From: Actinomycetota bacterium
GTDB taxonomy: Bacteria > Actinomycetota > JAHEXW01
Length of the DNA stretch: 64,000 nucleotides
Assembly (NCBI GenBank): GCA_025355855.1
Contig: JANXYU010000035.1
Span: 20,604 to 84,603, forward strand
Direction: 5' to 3'
Shown: positions 58,544 through 64,000 of the stretch, piece by piece
Position numbering within the stretch: position 1 is the first letter of the stretch
Layout of the letters: each line of letters opens with the position of its first letter
The notes under the pieces: model-generated
Seen by the model: the letters and a program-made list of their open reading frames with translations, nothing else
What the model was told of the DNA's origin: nothing
The model's database searches: none
Translations under genes and position numbers: made by a program

Positions 58544-59608
58544 ATGAGACAATCATCAAGACCGGCGTCGAGGCTTCGATCCCGTGGCATAATCATTTCC
58601 AATCTGCTGATCCCGCTTGTGTTGGCTGGTTTCGTCGTCGCCGCGACCGGCTGTGACCGTGCCGCATCTCCGCAGACCAGACTGGTAGTGCCAGCGAACT
58701 ATACCCAAGAAAAGATCAAGGCGGACGGCCAAATAACAGAAAAGGCCTGGACGACCGGAAAGTTTACTAAGATTCCGACGACGGGAGGCCCGGACGTCTA
58801 TATGAAGAGCGCCTACGGCGCTAAAGACATCCATTTCTTGCTAAAGTGGCGCGACTCGACTCAAAATAACATCTCTAAGGTCTGGGAATACGACGGCAAG
58901 ACTTGGAAGAACGGTCTAGAGCAGGACAAGTTGGCCATTCTCTGGAACAAAGACGACAGCGTCGCGTATTTCTCGCTCAAGGGTTGCGGCGCCGTCTGCC
59001 ATACCGAGAATAAGGACAAGAATCTTTGGTATATGGCGACCAATAGTCGCAAAGAGAAAACGGATGAATGGTTTTGGCTCGCCGGCATCACCAATGTGTA
59101 TGGTTTTGTTGAAGACCGTTATCTGGATGACGCGGTCGATCCAACCTTTATGAAAGCGGCTCTGAAGCGCGACCAGGGTGACCCGGGCTTTCTCAAGAAC
59201 GGCTACAAGACCGCGATTGAGCGCATCGCCCCGACCCGCCCGACGAAGAAACTGATCGGAGACTTGACAGTCGCGGACACGCCGTATCCCACCAGCGAGC
59301 AAATGGAGGACATAACTTCCTTTAAAACATTCAAGGCGGGGGACAAAGAACCTTTTATTTACTTTACGGGGACCCCGACGGGCAGCGCTGCCGACGTTCT
59401 TGGTCACGGCGTCTGGAAAGACGGCTGGTGGTATCTAGAGGTGTCCCGGAAGCTGGATACAGGCCGCCGGGACGATATGCCTTTCAAGCCCGGCCGCGGG
59501 CCGGTTTATTACATGTTCGGCTTGGCGGTTTTTGACCACACTGAACCGCCGCCGATTAAACATGGGACCAGTGCCCCGGTTTCGCTGGAACTCCTGCCAA
59601 AACCCTAA
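58544..59608 (+). CDS. DOMON-like lipoprotein family member 7 with a CX3CH motif (GCGAVCH)
   Basis: Lipobox ATGC; motifs KADGQITEKAWTTGKFTKIPT, WNKDDSVAYFSLKGCGAVCHTENKD, LDTGRRDDMPF. Confidence 0.7.
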   Translation: MRQSSRPASRLRSRGIIISNLLIPLVLAGFVVAATGCDRAASPQTRLVVPANYTQEKIKADGQITEKAWTTGKFTKIPTTGGPDVYMKSAYGAKDIHFLLKWRDSTQNNISKVWEYDGKTWKNGLEQDKLAILWNKDDSVAYFSLKGCGAVCHTENKDKNLWYMATNSRKEKTDEWFWLAGITNVYGFVEDRYLDDAVDPTFMKAALKRDQGDPGFLKNGYKTAIERIAPTRPTKKLIGDLTVADTPYPTSEQMEDITSFKTFKAGDKEPFIYFTGTPTGSAADVLGHGVWKDGWWYLEVSRKLDTGRRDDMPFKPGRGPVYYMFGLAVFDHTEPPPIKHGTSAPVSLELLPKP

Positions 59609-60187
59609 TTGATGTCCTATAATAATCTGATATACCTGACTACTGGAGCGTTCGAGACCTTGACTAATTTAGACTGTAATGTTGAATCTGTCCGTGCGGC
59701 GGTCGCCGTCCACATTGCCTCGCTGTCTGAAGCGCCGGCCGATGATTTACTGCTTTTCGAGAGGGGCCGCTGCCAACGGGCGATCCTACTTTATCGCACC
59801 GCGGACGGAGCCAGCGCTCCCGCCGAGTCGCTTCTGGCTACCGCGACCGCGCTGGAGTTGCTCGAGCTTGGTCTGACAAAACATTTTAAACAGGCGGAAC
59901 CGCCCGTCTATGGTCTGACGCCGGCCAATCTGGCGTTGATAACGGCCGACCGCTATTACGCGAAAGCCTTGGCGTTGGTGGTCGATCTAAGGGACGACCG
60001 TCTCGTCCGGATTCTTTGCGACGCGTTGGCTGAGGCCAGCGAAAGCTACAGTCAAGGCCAGCTAAATGGCAGTTCCGGCCGACCAGGCGCTCTCGCTCAG
60101 GCCGCGTCACACTTGGGCTGCCTGCTGGGCGGGCAGCGCGATTATCAGGAAGCATCGATAAACGACATTGATCGAGGAGGTCAATAG
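59609..60187 (+). CDS. Hypothetical protein; weak resemblance to the first helices of trans-polyprenyl synthases but lacking a DDxxD motif (possible non-catalytic small subunit)
   Basis: AAVAVHIASLSEAPADD region; ATG overlaps the upstream stop. Confidence 0.4.
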   Translation: MMSYNNLIYLTTGAFETLTNLDCNVESVRAAVAVHIASLSEAPADDLLLFERGRCQRAILLYRTADGASAPAESLLATATALELLELGLTKHFKQAEPPVYGLTPANLALITADRYYAKALALVVDLRDDRLVRILCDALAEASESYSQGQLNGSSGRPGALAQAASHLGCLLGGQRDYQEASINDIDRGGQ

Positions 60188-61923
60188 TGCTCTTTTCCCC
60201 AACCCATCCTGACTTGATATTTCTCCACGCGCCGAGCGTGTATGATTTTCGAGAGAAGTCTATTGTCTATGGACCGGTTAGTGATCTTGTCCCCTCGACG
60301 CCGATTTTCGAGATGTATCCGGTCGGTTTTTCGAGCATCTCTCACTACCTGCGCAAACATGGTTTGCATGTTCGGATAATCAACATCGCGCTCCAGATGC
60401 TTAAAAGTCGCGACTTCGACGCCGAGAAGTACATCGCGGGTCTGAAAAGCCCGGCGATTTTCGGTATCGACCTGCATTGGATGCCTCACTGCCACGGGTC
60501 GGTTGAGCTGGCCAAGATCGTCAAGAAATACCATCCGGACACGCCGATTGTTTTCGGCGGTTTTTCTTCGTCTTATTTCTACGACGAGCTGATCGAGTTG
60601 CCGGAAATCGATTTCGTCATGCGCGGCGACACCACTGAAGAGCCGATGAGGCAGCTCGTGGAGGCGGTCAAAACGGGCGGCGACCTGTCAGCCGTTCCGA
60701 ACCTCGTCTGGAAGAAGGACGGCCAACCCGTTGTTAATCCGTTCACCTACGTACCCGCGGACATCGACGAATACAGTATCGGCTACAACGAAATGGTACG
60801 GTCCGTTTTTAAGTATCGCGATTTCACCGGCGTTATCCCGTTCATGGACTGGACCAGGTATAACATCATGGCCGCTTTCGTCGGTCGCGGTTGTACGATG
60901 AACTGCGTGTTTTGCGGCGGATCGCGCTATACGTTTGATAATACATACAACCGCAAGAAGATGGCCTTTCGCAGCCCCGAGGCTTTTCTAAAAGACGTTC
61001 GGACGATCAGCCACCTGTCGCGCGGCCCCATTTTCATTCTGGGTGACTTACTTATGAACGACTGGGCGCACGGCGAGACGATTCTGCGCGGCATCGCCGA
61101 AATGAAGATCAAGAACAAGATTATTCTGGAGTTCTATGTATTGCCCCCGGTCGAGGTTTTCGACCTGGTCGACAAGTATCTAGATGACTATAGTTACGAA
61201 ATGTCGGTCGAGAGCCACGACGAAGACGTGCGAAAGCTGGTCGGCAAGGGCTACTCTGACGAGGATTTTGAGGCCTGCCTGGCGGCGGCGCTCTCGCATG
61301 AGGATTGCGAGCGATTCGATCTCTATTTCATGGTAGGCATGCCGGGCCAGACATATGAAAAGACCATGTCGACCATCGATTATTGCCGCAAACTATACAC
61401 TCAATTGGGCAACGACAAGCGTCTTTTGCCGTTCATTTCTCCGCTGGCGCCGTTCCTGGATCCGGGCAGCCGCGCTTTTGTCGAACCCGAGAAGCACGGA
61501 TACATATTGCTGGCCAAAACATTGGAAGAACATCGCCAGGCCCTGCTCCAACCCAGCTGGAAATACATCATGAACTATGAGACGAAATGGATGAACCGGG
61601 ATCAGATCGTTGACGCGACGTACGACTCGGCCTTTGAGCTAAATAGACTGAAACTCGAGGTAGGAGCCATTACCGAGAAGACCGCTCGGGACACCGAGAC
61701 TCGTATTGTGCGAGCCCGAGATATCATGCAGCGGGTTGATGAAATCATGGTTTTGCCGGACAAAGCCGAGGTCGAACAGAAGCTGAAAGAGCTGAAAGCG
61801 GAGGTCGACCGCTCCAGTATCTCAACTGTCGCAGATAAACAGGAGTTGGAATGGTCGGTGCGTCAGCTGACCAAGTTTCGTATTCCGCATATCATAAGAC
61901 TGATGTTCGGCGCCGGAGACTGA
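60187..61923 (+). CDS. B12-binding-domain radical SAM enzyme (class B), third paralog
   Basis: CTMNCVFC (CX3CX2C); N-terminal B12-binding-like region. Confidence 0.75.
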   Translation: MLFSPTHPDLIFLHAPSVYDFREKSIVYGPVSDLVPSTPIFEMYPVGFSSISHYLRKHGLHVRIINIALQMLKSRDFDAEKYIAGLKSPAIFGIDLHWMPHCHGSVELAKIVKKYHPDTPIVFGGFSSSYFYDELIELPEIDFVMRGDTTEEPMRQLVEAVKTGGDLSAVPNLVWKKDGQPVVNPFTYVPADIDEYSIGYNEMVRSVFKYRDFTGVIPFMDWTRYNIMAAFVGRGCTMNCVFCGGSRYTFDNTYNRKKMAFRSPEAFLKDVRTISHLSRGPIFILGDLLMNDWAHGETILRGIAEMKIKNKIILEFYVLPPVEVFDLVDKYLDDYSYEMSVESHDEDVRKLVGKGYSDEDFEACLAAALSHEDCERFDLYFMVGMPGQTYEKTMSTIDYCRKLYTQLGNDKRLLPFISPLAPFLDPGSRAFVEPEKHGYILLAKTLEEHRQALLQPSWKYIMNYETKWMNRDQIVDATYDSAFELNRLKLEVGAITEKTARDTETRIVRARDIMQRVDEIMVLPDKAEVEQKLKELKAEVDRSSISTVADKQELEWSVRQLTKFRIPHIIRLMFGAGD

Positions 61924-61926
61924 CGC

Positions 61927-62892
61927 GTGAATACCTATCCTGTTCCGGCCAGAATACGTCGAGATCTCAAAAAAGTTGAGAACGGACTGGGAACAGTATT
62001 AGCCGCCTATCCGGGTGTTTTGCGCGAACCGACCCAACACATCATAAAGGCCGGAGGCAAGCGTTTGCGTCCGGCTCTGGTACTGATCTCCGGCCAAGCG
62101 GGCGAGTATGATTATGACAGGCTGGAACCTCTGGCTCTCTGCGCTGAGCTGCTACACACGGCGACTTTAGTCCATGATGATGTTCTGGACGGAGCAGGGG
62201 AACGTCGGGGACGCGCAACCGTGAACGGACGGTGGGACGACAGGATTGCCCTAGCGACAGGGAATGTATTACTGGCGGCTAGTTTCGCGGCGTTATGCGA
62301 CAGAGCCGCGCCCCGTGTCATGGCCGGCATGGCCGTCGCCGCTGAACTGCTCAGTGCCGGCGAGACTATGCAGCAGCGAGCCTGGCGCGACACGTCTCTG
62401 TCTATTGAAGACTATACGCGCCGAGTTTGCTATAAGACGGCTTCTTTATTCGCGGCTTGCTGCGAACTGGGCGGCGTGGCCGGGGGCGCGCCGGAAGCGG
62501 ATATTCGGGCGCTTAAACAATTCGGCGAGTGCCTTGGCCTAGCGTTTCAAGTCTTTGACGACGTTTTAGATATCGTGGCAGACGAGGCCAAACTAGGCAA
62601 ATCGGTGGGTGCTGACGTTCGAGATGGGACCGTGACTTTGCCGGCGATATACGCGCTGGCGGGGGACGAGAGCGGGGAACTGAAAGCGATTCTTGAGGAT
62701 CCGACGTTGCCGGAGGACGCTGTTCAACGCGCTTTGCGCCTTATCGTCGCCAGCGGCGGCGTTGAAGAGGCAAAGAATGACGCGCGTGATTATGTCTCGC
62801 GAGCGCTTGAAGCCATTGAACACGTTAGTCGTAAGGCGTTAAAGACTGAATTGAAGGCAATCGGCGAATTCGTCGTTGACAGGTATAATTAG
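61927..62892 (+). CDS. trans-Polyprenyl diphosphate synthase (IspB/HepT/GGPPS family)
   Basis: FARM LVHDDVLD and SARM VFDDVLD Asp-rich motifs with conserved R/K context. Confidence 0.85.
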   Translation: MNTYPVPARIRRDLKKVENGLGTVLAAYPGVLREPTQHIIKAGGKRLRPALVLISGQAGEYDYDRLEPLALCAELLHTATLVHDDVLDGAGERRGRATVNGRWDDRIALATGNVLLAASFAALCDRAAPRVMAGMAVAAELLSAGETMQQRAWRDTSLSIEDYTRRVCYKTASLFAACCELGGVAGGAPEADIRALKQFGECLGLAFQVFDDVLDIVADEAKLGKSVGADVRDGTVTLPAIYALAGDESGELKAILEDPTLPEDAVQRALRLIVASGGVEEAKNDARDYVSRALEAIEHVSRKALKTELKAIGEFVVDRYN

Positions 62893-63004
62893 AAGTAGGA
62901 ACCGTAGGCAAGAGGAATGAGGCATGAGTGGCAACAAGGTCTGTTTTGGAAGCCAAACTCGCGCCTCGCGCCTCGTGCCTCACGCCTAGCAGGGAGAGAC
63001 TAAG

Positions 63005-63577
63005 ATGATCATGTTAGACAAAAAGAAAGCCGGGGTCTGGATAAAGATCGGCGCCGTAGTGGTCGCGCTGTCCTTTATACTCACCCTGATGCCTGCTTTA
63101 CGCTCCGGCGACCTTGGTGCTTTCTTCAAATCGATATTCCAAGGCAGTACGGGATCATCGGCGGATACCCAGGCGCAGGCGCAGATAATACAGCTGAAGG
63201 CGAAGTTGGCTAAGTCGCCCAAGGACACCCCTAGCTGGATCGCGTTGGGTAACGCCTATTTCGATACGGGCAAGTATCAGAACGCGATCGCCTCATACCA
63301 GAAGGTTCTCGCTCTGGAGCCGACAAACTATGACGTCATGACCGATATGGGGGTTGCCTACAACGCCTTGAATCAAAACGAGAAAGCGCTGGAAATATTC
63401 AAAAAGGTGACCGGCGCCAAACCGGACCATGCCATGGCCTGGTTCAACCTGGGCGTAATCTATAAGAGCAAGAACGACATTCCAAACATGAAGTTCGCCT
63501 GGCAGCGATTTTTGACTCTGCAACCGACCGGGGCCCAGGCCGACAATGTGCGGCAGGAGCTGGCCGCAGCGAAGTAA
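63005..63577 (+). CDS. TPR-repeat protein with an N-terminal TM anchor
   Basis: RBS AGGGAGAG; 3-4 TPR units (WIALGNAYFDTGKYQNAIASYQKVLALEP...). Confidence 0.7.
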   Translation: MIMLDKKKAGVWIKIGAVVVALSFILTLMPALRSGDLGAFFKSIFQGSTGSSADTQAQAQIIQLKAKLAKSPKDTPSWIALGNAYFDTGKYQNAIASYQKVLALEPTNYDVMTDMGVAYNALNQNEKALEIFKKVTGAKPDHAMAWFNLGVIYKSKNDIPNMKFAWQRFLTLQPTGAQADNVRQELAAAK

Positions 63578-63696
63578 AGTTTGCCGCGAAAAGTATGTAA
63601 CATATTTGACAATCTTTTAAGCCGGCATTAGAGTATTTCGTATCGAATGATACTTGAAGAGAAGGGACGACAGTTGTCCCGGGAGGTGTGTAAGTA

Positions 63697-63906
63697 GTGT
63701 TTGGTCTGGGTATTCCCGAACTAGTAATCATCTTGGTCATTGTGTTGATCATATTCGGTCCCTCCAAGCTGCCGCAGCTCGCGAAGTCTATCGGGCAGGG
63801 CGTGAAGGCTTTAAGAAAAGCCTCCAGCGAAGAGGAAACCGACGCCAAGAAAGAAGCCGACAAAGCGGACGACAAGACTAAAGAAAAGTCTAAAGACGAC
63901 GCCTAA
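63697..63906 (+). CDS. tatA: Twin-arginine translocase subunit TatA/E
   Basis: MFGLGIPELVIILVIVLIIFGPSKLPQL..., the canonical TatA TM helix plus amphipathic helix; acidic/Lys-rich tail. Confidence 0.85.
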   Translation: MFGLGIPELVIILVIVLIIFGPSKLPQLAKSIGQGVKALRKASSEEETDAKKEADKADDKTKEKSKDDA

Positions 63907-63910
63907 GAAC

Positions 63911-64000
63911 ATGGTCGATCGCCGCATGGCGTTTCTGGCTCATCTTGCTGAGCTTCGGAAACGCATCATAATATCAGCCTCCGTTCTCGCAGTCACGTTT
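63911..64000 (+). CDS. tatC: Twin-arginine translocase subunit TatC (5' fragment, runs off the window)
   Basis: MVDRRMAFLAHLAELRKRII matches the conserved TatC N-terminus (HL.ELR.R). Confidence 0.6.
   Translation, partial: MVDRRMAFLAHLAELRKRIIISASVLAVTF

Noticed and set aside
1-64000. CRISPR arrays, IS elements, transposases, integrases, tRNA/rRNA genes
   Set aside because: There are no regularly spaced direct repeats and no DDE/transposase-like or integrase-like ORFs. Intergenic regions are short and none shows tRNA-like conserved T-loop sequence.

Overview
High-GC (~60%) bacterial chromosomal window, gene-dense, with nearly every credible gene on the + strand. It reads as an extracellular/periplasmic electron-transfer (cytochrome 'nanowire'-type) island next to an isoprenoid-quinone-like biosynthesis cluster. 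No rRNA, tRNA, CRISPR array or transposase is visible.

Order along the window:
(i) Two tandem NapC/NirT-type membrane decaheme cytochromes (260-1963) and a third, dodecaheme paralog (4156-5235), flanking a lipoprotein and apolipoprotein N-acyltransferase Lnt, followed by the redox sensor Rex, an HExxH membrane protein and a GAF/HD-GYP c-di-GMP phosphodiesterase.
(ii) A 15-heme 'paired-CXXCH' cytochrome (8242-9762), then TPR protein, NHL beta-propeller and two hexaheme cytochromes whose motif pattern matches, by recollection, the Geobacter OmcS nanowire cytochrome (e.g. MSxWC..CH, NC..CHRxHG).
(iii) A single uninterrupted 21.5-kb ORF (13983-35516, 7177 aa). It encodes a giant mosaic surface protein with tandem Ig-like modules, 8 copies of a ~110-aa 'TFTGT..GPNRG' module, 3 DUF2341, 2 LamG, a Gly-rich domain and 2 FN3, and ends in an OmcS-like multiheme module (10 CXXCH + 1 CX3CH) that is itself split by lectin-like insertions.
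(iv) An 821-aa cytochrome/beta-domain protein.
(v) A family of 7 secreted/lipoprotein paralogs with the DOMON/CBM9/EB_dh-like 'DG..DE.W..A' signature. Four are in tandem, one of those is interrupted by an in-frame TGA at a Cys position, and three carry a CX3CH motif.
(vi) A spermidine-synthase-like polytopic membrane protein.
(vii) Three more OmcS-like hexaheme paralogs (44896-48227).
(viii) Three B12-binding radical SAM enzymes, a UbiA prenyltransferase, two U32 (UbiU/UbiV-like) paralogs, a UbiE-like methyltransferase (the only credible minus-strand gene) and a polyprenyl diphosphate synthase.
(ix) TPR protein, TatA and the start of TatC.

All calls rest on motif and architecture reading of the translated ORFs. 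No database search was run.
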